This document shows, piece by piece, positions 35,887 through 51,007 of a stretch of DNA of 64,000 nt. Made by a program: the position numbers and the translations under genes. The notes beneath the pieces are model-generated. The model did not search any database. It was not told the DNA's origin and was given only the letters and a program-made list of their open reading frames with translations. The stretch is from contig NW_021833246.1 in the NCBI RefSeq assembly GCF_006345805.1, forward strand, positions 26,297 to 90,296, written 5' to 3'. This DNA comes from Octopus sinensis. Its lineage: Eukaryota. Numbering within the stretch: position 1 is the stretch's first letter; every line of letters begins with the position of its first letter.

Positions 35887-37628
35887 ATATATATATATAT
35901 ATATAATATATATATATATATATAATTATATATATATATATAAGGAGAGAGAAGAGAGACCGAGGGTGAAAGGTAGAACAGATGTCAGAGTCAAGAGGAA
36001 AGAGAAATGTAGAGAGTTCCTGGTGGACTAGCAGCTATGCCATGGCTTCGATGTAGTGACTATGATATATAGACTAAGAATTAAAATCAAAGGTCCGATA
36101 GAAAGGGTTTTGCATGAAGGTTGTTACGAATAGGGAAAATTAAAGGACTATATATGAAGCATATGCATCTATAGAAACAAATACATTTTCACATATTGTT
36201 GCATATACTTACATACAAAAATATATCAGTATCTATTATTATCTATATACACTCACACACACATACATATATAGGTGTATTTATGGGTGTATATACATAT
36301 ATACATGCGCATACACACACCTAAACACACGCACATATACATATGTCTTTATGTTTCAATGTAAATCTGTCTTCTTGTGTTTGGCAGACATGCTGTCCTC
36401 AAATTTTGTCTTGCTCTCTGGGGTCGCTTGCATAGTTTCTATTAAAGTCGAATGTTTGCAATTATGTCATAAACAAGGACAGAATACGAAAGGTTCAAGG
36501 ATTTGGGGAAGAAGACATGAGTGCAATAATTTAGTCTGGAATTTGTGGATGGTTGACACAACAGGACTGATGACAGTTCGATAGAGATGTGCGTGTTTCA
36601 TGAATGTCTGAATAGGGATGGCCTGAACCTAGACTGCTAAAAAAAACTAGAGTCTATTTCATCAGCGGTTGGTAACACTGAAGTCGCTATCGCCTCTCTT
36701 CCTTCGGGCGTCGGTGAAAAACCACTTGAGCGCTGGTGTTGATATGATCAGTGAACTCCTTCTGGTCTTGTACCATTACTATAATTCCTATTATTATTTC
36801 TACTTAGACCCTATAAATACGGAATCATTAAACTAGAAAAAAAAGACAATAGACACCTAATTTAGGAATAAATGATATCGTTTATCTTTTTCTGGTTTCA
36901 GTTAGAATCCGAGGCCAACCTAGAGCACCATCTTTTTGTGTATATTGGTTTCTTTTCGGTACTGCTTTTCTTTGTGCCTTCTTTGTGCCTACTGCCCCGG
37001 TGTGGGTTCATCTGTTATCTCAGATAAGAAATTATCCAGACGCTCATTGAGCATCTCTTCATCATGAGGCTAATTATTTCAATTTCATTTACTTTACAGT
37101 ATTTAACTCCCCACTGTAAAATATCATTCATATTCATTAGTCTTGTAATCTTCTCTCCCTGATTTAATGTTTCTTTATATTTTTTTCTCTTTCATATTTC
37201 TCTCACATTATAGATGTTTATTTAATTATTTAATTCGACATGTTTGTGAAATTTATAGCTTTCTAATCATAACCGAAATCCATTTATTACTTTTCTCTAT
37301 TGACTTGCTTGTGTGTCTGAACAATTTATTACAACACCACCTTAAAATTTATATTACAATTACTAAACGTACATTTCTTTGGCTGACGGCCAATGGCTGA
37401 AATAACTAAAAGACTACGAAGAATTTGATTCTAGATTCTTAAAAATAGATGCAGGAATGACTTGGTGGTTAAGAAGTTTCCTTTGCAACCATATGCCTTT
37501 GTGATCGGTTCTACACATCACCATCTTATGCCAGTGTTCTCTTCTATACACCAGGGTCTGACCATAGAGTTGCAATTGAAGGTGCTACACAAGATCTCAA
37601 AGCCGTTCTGTGAGTGTGTGTGTGTGTG

Positions 37629-37705
<77 letters not shown>

Positions 37706-38107
37706 GCATATCTTATGCGTATGTATATGTGTTTGTGGTTTAGTATGTGGAAAATGATGATTGAACGGAATTTACGTGTCCACAAAGGTGCGTATACACA
37801 TAAAGATACATACACATACTAATGCAAATACACACACACACACAAATACGCACACATATAAGTGAATATGTGTGCTTTTCTGAGTGTGCGAGTCAGTGTG
37901 TGTGCGGGTGTGTGTTTGTCTACGTTTACGTATGTGTGTGTATGTATTTATAGATCAGATTAGATACATGCTTACGAACGAATATCTGGGCTGATGAAGA
38001 TTGCATTAGATACACTAAATGAAAATTCACCTACTAAGTGGTGTGTAAATCACGATAGGTTTGCAGGCGATAGAGACAGAGAGCAATGGTGTTAGCAAAG
38101 GCAGAAG

Positions 38108-38200
38108 TTGGCGTGGGTGGGAGAAGATTAGCGAGGTTTGGCGAGGGTTGGCGAAGGTTGGCGATGGCAAACGATAACTCGCGAAAGCTGGCGATAGCTG
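38108..38200. repeat. Degenerate 10-bp tandem repeat (YTGGCGAnrG) with phased CpGs
   Basis: CG starts at 38112, 38132, 38142, 38152, 38162, 38172, 38182 and 38192. Confidence 0.8.
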
Positions 38201-38870
38201 ACTGTTGCAGTCAATGTCAGGCGGCCATATTTGCTAGTGCAGCAATTTGATGAGTGTCGGAACGGCAGGCGTTTTCAGGATTGGCAGCGGGGCGGTTATA
38301 GATGATTCTTTCGTTTGAGTTCTTTGTTTTTGTGTTATTAGTATATATATTTTTTCTCTGTATTTTCCTCTCTTTCTCAGTTAAGTTTTCTTTTCTTTTC
38401 TCTTGTAGATATATGGGGGGATATGAGAGGAAGCGGGGTGATGGTGGTGTATGGAGTATGCTTATTTGATAATATCGGATGTAAAAGGAAGGCTTTTAAC
38501 AAATATCGCTACATCTTTCTTGATGATGCGTAGCCATGCGTACTGACAATTAAGCTAAGTTACATATCGATCTAGCAACAGAATAGAGTGGTCCTATCGA
38601 TAATGTTGCTCTTAACCATAAGTAATATGTTTGATACAGCTTGCTTTTGCACAAACGTATCTACACATAGGTGTGTGTGTGTGTGTGTGTGGTGTGTGTA
38701 CATATACATTTATATATCTATGCATGTATATCTATATAAGTGTATATATATATATGTATATATACATGCATACATATTTATACATATATGTAAACACACA
38801 CACGCACAAGCACACACCTACACAAACACACACATATTCATATATATATTATTTATGCATGTCTATAATA

Positions 38871-38915
<45 letters not shown>

Positions 38916-38982
38916 CACATATTTATATGTGCATATGTGTATGGTTGTATATATATATATGCACTTATTTGTGTAATTATGT

Positions 38983-39020
<38 letters not shown>

Positions 39021-39189
39021 TATATATATACATGTACAACCATATAGGTAAGCACATATATATGTTCACGTATACATGCATACTTATTTATATCTGCATC
39101 TCTCTCTCTGTCTCTCTCTCTCTCTGTATATATATATATATATCTATATATATACCACTATATACATACATATAAATGTATGTAATTAA

Positions 39190-39220
<31 letters not shown>

Positions 39221-39656
39221 TAAGCATGTATGAGTATATATGCATGTTTAATCCTGTATGAGAGTGATCTGTTTAGTGTGTGAAATATAGGAAGAGCTTA
39301 TCCTATCATAATTGAAGAAATGAGGAATTGTTGTGTTGATGGTGTTCGCTATAGGAGAATGTCTTTGGATGTTGGCTGCTTTTCCCTAAGGCAAAGATTT
39401 ATTGTTGATTATTCATCGGGGAGAACTTGAAGAGAAAGGACCGTATGAATGAATACTAGGGGGAAAAGGTCGAATGAATGTATACACGTAAACAAGAGCG
39501 TAAAATAGGGCGTATATATACAGATATGAGAGTGTGTGTGTGTGTGTGTGTGTTTATATATAATTTACATCGCACATACACAGATGCATAAATATATATA
39601 TATAATTATATATATGTATGTATATATATATGTATATATATGTATATATATAATAT

Positions 39657-39693
<37 letters not shown>

Positions 39694-39809
39694 GTATATA
39701 TATGTATAAATATGTATATATTTGTGTGTGTACGTGTTATATATATTTTTATATGTATATATTCATATACATATTCCATAAACATGTGTATAGATATACC
39801 CATACGCAC

Positions 39810-39861
<52 letters not shown>

Positions 39862-40357
39862 ACCACATACATTCATTTCTAAATGCACATGTACTTGTAC
39901 GGGAATATGGTAATAGAGATTCAAGCACACGTAAACAAGAAGATATATTCGCAAACATGAATACACGACTGGATCAGCACACACGCGAAAACAATACTTA
40001 TATGCTCAAACACACACACATACATATTGACGTATATATATATAAATATATATATATATATTCAAAGATTCACGCATGCATTTTGGAAAAAAAATGGATG
40101 CTGTTAATTACGTACAGATGATTTTATATGCGTGTGTGTATGCGTCTGTACCAAAAGGAAGAAAGAGAAAGAGAAAAAGAGATAGATGACTGGAAGGGAG
40201 AGAAAGAGAGTGAGAGAGTGGGGGATAGATACATAGATGGGATGATAGGTATAGAATGTGCGTTTATGTATGGATATAGGTATGATTATAAAAATGTATC
40301 GATATCTATGTATACGTATATACTTCATATATATATATATATGTGTTTGTATACATG

Positions 40358-40392
<35 letters not shown>

Positions 40393-40428
40393 CAGTCTAG
40401 CTTTCTGTCAATCTATGAACATATATAC

Positions 40429-40468
<40 letters not shown>

Positions 40469-41622
40469 AAAAGTACATGTATATTTCTAAGAAAGTGGGT
40501 GTATACTTAAGTAGAGGGGTAAGTTAGGCGCTTACATTCGATAATACACACACGCACGCACACACACACACACACAAACACTCTCTCACTCACGTATATT
40601 TTGAATGTATATACTTCGATATCAGGATATATACACATACATATATAACCACATACATACATATATAGATGATGATCGTTATGGATATTAGAAAGGAAGA
40701 AATAAAATAGAAAATACAGGTAACACAAATTTGAAAAATATAACAATCGCAAGAAGAAATCTGAAAATAAAGAAGTAAAACAAAAAAAACAAATAATGAA
40801 AGAAATTATGTAAAATAATTTTCAAGAAATAAAAGCAAACAAATATAACCGAAAGAGATTAGAAAGGTTTTCCAAATTCGGCATAAAAGAATAAAAAAAA
40901 TTTGGAATATGAAAAGATTGTACTTAAATCGTGTAGAATCTATTTTCGTGATTCGCAAACTAGCTTTAGCATGCTTTACGTTGCTTATGCTTATCATTGT
41001 CTACAAGACGCATTCTTCGGTTTAAACTGTGTAAAACATTGGCAACTCTACGGTGATCTACGAAGGGGAAACATGGCTTAAATAATGTTATAAAAAACGA
41101 ATACTGCTGTCGTTATGTTTGTTGTAATTGTTGTTGTTGGTAGTGTTCTGGTGGTAGTGGTGGTGGTGGTGAGGATGATGATGTTGTCGTCGATGCGTTT
41201 ATTCGTATTGATGTTTAGTGCTGAGTCGATCCTGAAGAGGCATTCGTATGAATTAAGTTATGTTAGCTGTTTTCGTTTTTTAACATTTAAAATCCTTTTC
41301 GTCCGGTGTTATATTATGAAACAGGCGTATTTGGTTCGTATTTTCCCCCCTTTTCTATCTTTTGATATCAATGCCTCGAGAGTAGAGGATGATTTCGCTA
41401 CTAATTCTATCATGTCGAGTGACATTGTTACGATGCAGTTGTTGAAGCGATCGAACTGTGAATTAGGGAAAACGAAAAGGCCAGAAATTTGATATACATA
41501 CATATATGCAGGGACGCAGTATGATTACATGCACGCATACATACATAGATAACCCCACCACACTCATATCATACGTACATATATATGTATTCTATACACA
41601 CACACACACACACACACAGATA

Positions 41623-41704
<82 letters not shown>

Positions 41705-43065
41705 GTATGTATGTATATATGTCTCTACATGTGTGAGTGTATATATACAGTTGAATGTCCGTATGGGTGTGCATTACGTTCCTTGTATTTGTCTACACGA
41801 CATTGGCTGGCAACCGGTACTGATTTAGGCTCTCTTAACCTAGCAACTCGATACAAAAGTGACTGATATAAGAAAAACCAGACTTAGATATAATCAGTAG
41901 AACGTATTTAATTCACCAAATTCTGCAAAATGGTGCCACAGCATGATCGTAATCCAATGACTGAAGCTAGTAAAAGATCAGAAAACCAACCACGTTATAC
42001 TTATTTTATTCTTGTGGCGTTGAGGTCTGTGTATGTTAGCTATGGGCTAACTCATAAGTTGACAACATAAATTCAGTTCTCACTGGTGTAGTAGCGTTTC
42101 ACCTACTAAAGAAGTTGGTGGTGTTAGGATACTAATGATTTCATCTAACAAACGATTACCATCATACTTTCAAATATTACGAAAAATGGACGCATAATTT
42201 TCAGGGTCGACCTCACTATTACCCTGGCACTTTATTTTATTGAGTATAAAAGGATGAAAGGAGAAATTAATTAACACCAATAGAATTTTATCTCGCGATG
42301 AACAGATACGGAGGAAATGCAGCAAGGTAGCTTTCGTGACGCTATAATACTACTGCTAATACATTGGAATATTTTACGCTAAAACGATGACAATTTACGC
42401 CGGCCAGGAGAACCGCTTGCAAATCCATTTGTCCAGACGTGATGTCATCAACAATTCATTATAGTATTCAATTACATGGGTGGGCACAAATTTTAATGTG
42501 AGGTGATTGTTGTTATTGAACCGGCCGATATAATCAGACTACTATTTAATAAAAAATGTAAGACTCTGTTCTTCCAAGAATTCGCTAGGAACACTTGTAT
42601 TTCGGGATCATTTGATTTGTGTGTACACTCATTTTCTCACAATTCTAAGCCTCCCTACCGCACAAAATAAACTTAATCAATAAACATAACGATAATAACA
42701 AACACAACGAGTTTCAAACCACGTCTCTTTAAAACGAACTCTTATGTTACCAAATTGCAAGTGAATAGGGCGGGGTCAGTTGACAGTAGATTCAGGCAGA
42801 GACGGAAAATGGAATCAAAATTCCATAAATTCACACACAGTTTAAAGAATCGGAAGAGTAACAAAGAAACGAGGAGTCAAGAAGATTGTGGTCGGAATGT
42901 GTTTCGTTTATTCTCTGTTCAACAAGACCTTACTTGGGGCTAAATAATTCGAACAACGATATTGGCCTATTATAGACCTTCCCCGTTGTCAAACGATGTG
43001 CACTCTACTATTCTACTAGATATTACATGAAAACTAATGTTAATATAGATTGGTATATTTATGAT

Positions 43066-43315
43066 GTGGAGGCGCGTGGCTTAGTCGTTAGGGTGTCAGC
43101 ATCATGATCGTAAGATTGTGATTTCGATTCCTGGACCGGGCGACGCATTGCGTTCTTGAGCAAAACACTTCATTTCACGTTGCTCCAGTTTACTCAGCTG
43201 GCAAAAATGAGTAACGCTGTGATGGACTGGCGTTCTGTCCAGCTGAGGAACACATACGCCATTGAAACCGGGAAACTGGCCCATGACCGTGGCTAGGCTT
43301 TAAAAGGGCGCATTA
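43066..43315 (+). mobile_element. tRNA-derived CORE SINE with a V-like downstream block, full length
   Basis: gtggaggcgcgtggcttagtcg...ttcgattcctggaccggg...ttgagcaaaacacttcatttcacgttgctccag...ctgtgatggactggcgttctgtccag. Confidence 0.88.
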
Positions 43316-43994
43316 TGTTATTTTATATATTTATAATACTCATGCAACTGTGACCGAGCCATCTTAAAGCAATACATAGAAGTATATAGTCAGATAATGG
43401 AGCCGATGTACTCTTTGAATGATAAATTTATTTTTATCAACCCTAAGAAAATAAAAGTTAGAAATGACATTGTAAGGATTTGAGCTTCGAATACGTAGAA
43501 ATTATTTCCGCCGGTCTATGGCTGCTCCTAATCCATTGTCACTAATTATATTCCTGTTATCTGCAGAGTCGAGAGAATTTTGGCCTATATTGTTATTAAA
43601 ATTGATTACCTTATGTTCTAACATAGCTGTATTCACACAGAGACATTGTGTCTTGTCTAATTGGAAGTAAATACTTTGATATGTAAATATGATTAAAATG
43701 TATTGAAGGATAGATCTAGGAAAACAGAGATATCCAAGTTCAAATCATAAGCGTATAGATTAGCAGTATATCAGATTTATAGTGTAACCGTTTTATGCGC
43801 ACGTAAACACCCACATGTACGTGGAAACAGACATAGGCGTATTTAAGCATACGTAGAATTGTATTTATACTTAATGTACAAAATTTTATACATAGCTAGA
43901 AAATTATTTAAAGTACACATACACACATATAAAACTACATATGTTTTATATATATATATATGTATGTATGCATATATGTCTATATATATATATA

Positions 43995-44072
<78 letters not shown>

Positions 44073-46865
44073 GTATATCTATATTCAAACACACACACAC
44101 ATATATATTATGCATGATAACCACTCACAAATTCGCACATGTCTTCATATCTCCATCTCTAAATCTATTTGAATATGTATATGTTTGTTGCAATAAATTA
44201 ATATGTATGTGGGTGAGAAAGAAAGAGAAAGAAAGAATAGTATTTTTATTTCATACGCAGAACCAGAGATGAATATCTGAAAAGATAGGCGTTTATGATA
44301 TTTTATCAATTCTTTAGATACTTCTTGTCTCCGGTTTATAACAGCGTTTTAATGGCGAGTTTCTTTTATACATTTCTACTTCCGGCTTGTAACGTTTGTA
44401 AGTGTGTCTTGTCAGAGATTCTAACGTACCTCCCAGTTAATGTCTGTAATACATATCCGTTGGACGCCATGTTATGAACATTCGAACATCCATTAATGGT
44501 AGACATTTTCACATAGGGGAAATCCTCTACATGAGTATATCCGTATATCGACATTGATCTAAAATCAATAAATATGCCAGTAATCTGGCAGAAAGGGAAG
44601 TTGAATATCAGAAGAAATAACTTTGTAGTATTTAATTTGAAATTCCCTGTAGTTTCTTTGCTGCAGATTCTTTGCTGCAATCTCATCTGATTGACTTACA
44701 GGCGAACTATGATTTGCCCTGTATGAAGAACTAGCAAAAACTCTGGATTGAAGATACTAATTACATCCATCTCATGTTACCAGCTAGAGTCGTTACGAAA
44801 TGCTGAAACAGGCAGATACATTCTTTGTGGTTAAGTAGCCGTTTTGCTGAGTTTGTGGTTCTTGGTTCCATTCCACTTCGCTGAACATCGACCACAACTC
44901 TGACTGACGGTAACCCTGCGTATTGTGGATAAACTGTGCATTCCGATCGTGCTAAACAAAATACCCTCCATTTTTGGCCCCTTTTGAGCACCTACAACTG
45001 GGTTATAGACGCTTATTAGAATTAATGAAGTTATGGTTGTTATTTGAGGGTAATTTCTACAAGTCTCACAGATTCTGTTAACTGTAATAAAAATTCCTAT
45101 TTCACAAAACATGTCATACAAATATAAAGGTCTATTTTCTCTCACCCAAGAGAATTATAATAAAGGAGAAAAATGATTTTCAATTCTTAATGTATTTAGA
45201 TATATTTTTTTTGTATTTTTATTAAGTTGTCAAGAGAGAATCTCATACATGTTTATTTACACGAATGGCTTCTTCGTTGCAAGAGCTTTTAAGATATATT
45301 CCAGCAGTTTGGTTCAGCTAAAGTTTTAGTTCGAATACAACTTTTCGCCACAAGGCAACGTTCCCCCATGATATTAACTATCCATCCGTTCCCATGAATT
45401 ATTTTGCTTTACGGGTTATAGAATAGCAGGACTATTGTATGTCTGTTCAAACTGCTTGCCGTTCAAACCATCTCAGGCTTCTTAACTAGATAAAGCAATA
45501 GATCAATTTAATCAAATTACTATTATATAGTAACAAATTTTGAACAATGGATATACTCTCAGCTCATGATAATGGCATTTTTTCTACGGTATATAAACCA
45601 TTATGTCCATAGAAATATATCAGCAAAACATAGCAACGGTAGTTTTAATAGCACATACGACTGAATGTGCACCAAATTAGAAATTGAAAACACCTATGTA
45701 ATATTTAAACTATGAAGGGATTTCTATATTAGCCTGAATCAAAGCTAAAATATGAAATCAACTCCAGCTAATTTGTTCTACTACACAATTAAATATCAGA
45801 AGTCCAATAAGTTAGAAACTTGGTAGTGTTTACCAACCAAAAAGCCTTTGGTAATGATCTGCAATAACCTATAACATCAATAGTAGTAACGTCAAAAACA
45901 ACAATTACAATATGATCACCATAAAGGAAACAGAAAGAAAAATGGATGTTTTAGAAACTTTATCGAGATAAAAAAATATTATCGTTCCTTCATGATGGAA
46001 TAATAAAAAAAAACACAACAAACAATACAACCGAAATACTATGAAATGAGTGATTAATGTGAAATTTGTTAAAATGAGAAATCACAAAAAAAAATTACAT
46101 GAAACCAGCTAGTCTCCAAGTGCACAATTTATTGTAGCGTAAATACAAGTATGAAATATAGATGGTGTGTGAATATTATTGGCCTTCACGATATGATGAT
46201 AAAATATGACGCTTAAAACGATGTGCTGGGAAATTATTAGAAATATGGGATTCTAAGTGGAAGTAAATTGATAGAATCTCATCTCAACAAGAATCTGAAA
46301 GTGAAAATGATTATTTCTAAAATGTTTTGGGATTTCTTAGGACATCACTGATCGAATTAGTAAAGACTAGAAGTTCAGATATAATCTTGATAATATATAA
46401 GGAATCAGATGGCACAGAGAACTGTCTGTATGCAAGTATGGATGTATGGTTAATAGCAACATTTCTTCCCATTGTGCAACTCTTTAGGAAAAGTGTGCTT
46501 CCATAGAATCAAGTGAAGATATAACGTGGAAAACAAAAACAAGCAAAAACCAAGGTTAGACGGCTACTGTTAAGAAATCGGTGCTTTAGCTTCCATAGTT
46601 TCTAGGAAGTTGCAGATTGGATATGATTTCAGGTGTTACAACACAAGTTACACATAATAGTATGCAGTGGACCCCAAACATTTGCCTGAAATTACGATAA
46701 GACTATGGCCAGTGTACAAACCACGAATTGTTGTTTACGTTCTATTGTTAATGAAGTGACACAGACTAACTATACATATATTATTTTATATATGTACGTG
46801 TATATGTAGGGGTGTATGTTTGTGTAGACTTGTGTATGTTTGTATGTGTATGTATATACATATAT

Positions 46866-46908
<43 letters not shown>

Positions 46909-47387
46909 TGTGTGTGTGTGTGTATGTCTGCAGGTTTATCTATCTATATGTATATGTACACTTACACTCACATGTACACACACATACAAATGTATGGATA
47001 TAGATAGATAGATAGATAGATAGATTGATAGCCAAAATAAATATATGTTTCTGTATGGTAATCTGTCTCTGCTTATACACACATCCACATACACAATCCA
47101 CAGGACCAAATAAATATTCCACCACTACATATACTGACACAGGAATAAAGAAATAAGCTAAATAAATTCTATAGACAGGTTAAAAGCCACGTTGTCAATT
47201 AGACAGAAAATCAATTGGGAACAATATTTCCGTAATATTCCTCTATAACACAAAGAAACTCCGGAGAATAAAAGGGGAAGCGAATCTTATTTTTACTTAT
47301 TAAAATTATAAACACACACAAGCATATAAATATATATATAATATATATGTATGTATGTATATGTGTGTGTATGCACATACATACATC

Positions 47388-47422
<35 letters not shown>

Positions 47423-47432
47423 TATATATATA

Positions 47433-47474
<42 letters not shown>

Positions 47475-47842
47475 TATGTGTGTAATGTATATATATATAT
47501 TGTATGTATCGATAAATACAAATACGCGCAGGATTGTAGGCTTATGTTAGTTTTCTGGTTTTTAAAGTGTTTTCTAAATTCTGTACATATTGCTTTATGC
47601 AAATAAGTATCAGATTTTCATTGCAAATTGATATTTATCAATCGAATACTTGCGTAATTACAAAGTCTATTTAATGTAAACATGTTTTACAGTTATAAAT
47701 TATTATATGCTGTAAGCTTACGTTTTAGTGAAGAAATTTACATAATCTGCACATATAAAACTATTTGTATAAAAACGATTCTCTATGTACCAATTACAAT
47801 TAATATTGTATATATATATATGTATATATATCTATGTATATG

Positions 47843-47877
<35 letters not shown>

Positions 47878-48341
47878 TATATTATATATATATATATAAG
47901 TTTTTAGAAATATTTGTAAATATGCACACGAATACTTACAGATGTATATGAATATATAAATAAAATCTACATTAACCTTTAACCAGAATTAAAATGATAT
48001 GATTAATAAATTCACATTTTAATATATTTTTTTCCTCGCTGCAGGTGACTCGGCTTCAACTGATAGCTGACTAATATGAAAAGAGTCGACAGAAGAAATC
48101 ATTATTTGTGGCTGTCGGAAAAGCCATCGTCGGGGTTCGTATCCTTTAGTTACATAAATATGAAGAGTTACATTATTACGTCTGATATGAAAAGCAAAAT
48201 GAACTGCGGGACACAACTTTGTCTGTGTGTTTCATCGACGTAATATAAGGTGCGAAGTTCATGCTCGCGGACACAGAATCACCTGTTCATCACAGGCACG
48301 CAAAAGTGATGTGCATAGATAGAAATTGATATAATCATATA

Positions 48342-48387
<46 letters not shown>

Positions 48388-48436
48388 TGAGTATATGCAG
48401 ATGTATGCAGTCTATATATATATATATATATTTATA

Positions 48437-48607
48437 TCGTGATCACCGTGACCGACCAGGCTATCAGATGTTGCTACACATCACTGGTCACAATGCGAAC
48501 AGGCCAACATAACAAAGATTGAAAGTTGTGGTGATACAGTATAGCAGGGATCGCTATCACTCCCTGCCGGAGCCTCGTGGAGCTTTAGGTGTTTTCGCAC
48601 GGTCTGG
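48437..48607 (-). mobile_element. SINE family A, internally deleted
   Basis: gaaagttgtggtgatacagtatagcagggatcgctatcactccctgccggagcctcgtggagctttaggtg matches 1-110 and 15720-15800. Confidence 0.75.
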
Positions 48608-49096
48608 AAATTACATATATGTGTGTGTGCTGTGTGTCTATAGATGAATAAATATATAAATATATAGATAGATAGGTAGACAGACAAATAAAGAGATAGC
48701 TAGGTAAGTCGGTAGGTAGGCAGGTAGGTAGGTAGGTAGGCAGCTAGGTAGGTAGGTAGGTAGGTAGATAAATAGATCGTCGTCAGCTCATTTCTGAATA
48801 TCTAGTGCTTGTGCCTCTTCATCGAAATGGATGCGAAAGGCGCCGGGGCCTGAGGTGGTTGTTCAGGCTTGAGCCTGGTGTGCGAGGAATTGCGAGTCGT
48901 TCTTTGCGTCTTCAACTCCTGATCTCTCTCCCTTGTCATATGTTATTTTCTATCTGATCTGTTTACTTGTAATTCTCAATAGAATTTCTTTGTTTATTGC
49001 AAAATATACAAATAGCCAAAGGGTATCTCAAATCATGCCCTCACGGAGTGTCTGTCTGTCTGTCTCTCTCTGTCTCTCTGGTGCCATGTTCAACAG

Positions 49097-49242
49097 GTTT
49101 TTTACTATTCGGGAAATTCCTTCTCAAAATCATCATTTTTCTATCCAAGCATATTTGCAGCTTTCCTTGCTACCCTCCTAGTATTGCGTTCGAGGCACCA
49201 CAAGAAATGCTTCATGAGACATCAGGATATGCCTAGACGCTG
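49097..49242 (+). CDS. Candidate 146-nt exon encoding a hydrophobic helix followed by a basic stretch
   Basis: A pyrimidine-rich stretch with an ...ttcaacag| acceptor and a CTG|GTAAGT donor. The single open frame is [48 protein letters not shown]. No homologue is recognised. Confidence 0.3.
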
Positions 49243-49310
49243 GTAAGTTTGTGATATATCTAGAAACCAGCTGTACTCCTACTCTCTCACTCAGTGCCTG
49301 TGTATATCGG

Positions 49311-49411
<101 letters not shown>

Positions 49412-49445
49412 ATATATATATTACATATATATATATATATATATA

Positions 49446-49503
<58 letters not shown>

Positions 49504-49519
49504 GTCTGTATGTATGTGT

Positions 49520-49730
49520 TTCTGTGTCTCTGCTTGTCCCTCTAGCATCGCTTGACAACCGATGGTGGTGTGTTTGCCTTCCCGTAACTTAGCGATCCGG
49601 CAACGAAAAGCGATAGAATAAGTACTGGGCTTACAAAGAATAAGTCCTGAGTTCGATTTATTCGACTAAAAGCTGTGCTCCAGCATGGCCGCAGTCAAAT
49701 GACTGAAACAAGTAAAAGAATAAAAGATTA
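49520..49730 (+). mobile_element. SINE family C 3' tail
   Basis: catcgcttgacaaccgatggtggtgtgtttgcc...ccagcatggccgcagtcaaatgactgaaacaagtaaaagaataaaag. Confidence 0.85.
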
Positions 49731-49745
49731 TATATACATATATAT

Positions 49746-49778
<33 letters not shown>

Positions 49779-50382
49779 AACAGATATAAAGATGTGCGTG
49801 TGTTGTGTGTTTATAAATTTAAATATCTATGCACATGTAAATATATATAAATAGGCCTGTGTATGTATTTGTATTTTTATTGTGATCTATCTACCTAAGG
49901 TAGACCGAGGGTCTTACTCTTTCCGTGAGTGTACACGTACGAGCTAGAGAGTGTTTATGTATTTGCGTCTATATTAAGAGCATAAGTTGTCTTATACAGT
50001 AAAAGTAGAACAATGAAGAAAATCTTGAAACAAAATCTTTTAAAATCCGAATTTGTCAGGCTTTTATTTCTAAGCGAACTTACACATATCCAAACACACT
50101 AATATATACTGTTAGAAGCACAGATAAACACAAAGATATGTATGGACTTCTATAGAGAGACATATATGAATATACACATACTAATGCACAGATGTTTCTC
50201 AGCATGAGATACATATATATATTTACGTATGTGATATGCATTATAATCCATTATTTATATATATAGGCACATTATATACAAACACATATTTGCATATGTT
50301 CAAATGTAAGCATACATATACATTCGCAACAAAACACACATAAGTATGTGCATGTTTGTGTGTGTGCGTGTATGTATGTATG

Positions 50383-50428
<46 letters not shown>

Positions 50429-50429
50429 C

Positions 50430-50476
<47 letters not shown>

Positions 50477-50595
50477 ATAGATGGATACATACATCAACAC
50501 ATGGTTACATGGATACGAAGATATGCAGAAGCATACATACGTATATGCATATATACATCCATGCACACATACACACACATACATACATACATACA

Positions 50596-50629
<34 letters not shown>

Positions 50630-50870
50630 CATACATACACACATACATACACACATACATACTTACACACAGGGGTAGATAGATAATCCGTCATGGTACA
50701 TAAATAATATTGAAATATAACCTTTTGCTTTCTTTGTACAACCAAAAGTACTCAAAGAGGTAGGTGGATGCCAGTATACGCATTTCTGTTTTAGGCGCAT
50801 GTGTGGGTATGCCTATATTTATAAATCTCAACTCCTCTTTCTCCGTGTGTATCTGTGTGAGCATGTGTGA

Positions 50871-50915
<45 letters not shown>

Positions 50916-50959
50916 AAAATAAGTCAAAATAGAAAATGCTATAATAATTTTATAGTGAA

Positions 50960-51007
50960 CATTTCAGTACCGGTTTCGGTCATTTTGAGACCTTTTCAAC
51001 TGTAACG
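50960..51007 (-). ncRNA. Mirror hammerhead motif in the left arm of copy 2
   Basis: Reverse complement of 51360-51407. Confidence 0.65.
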
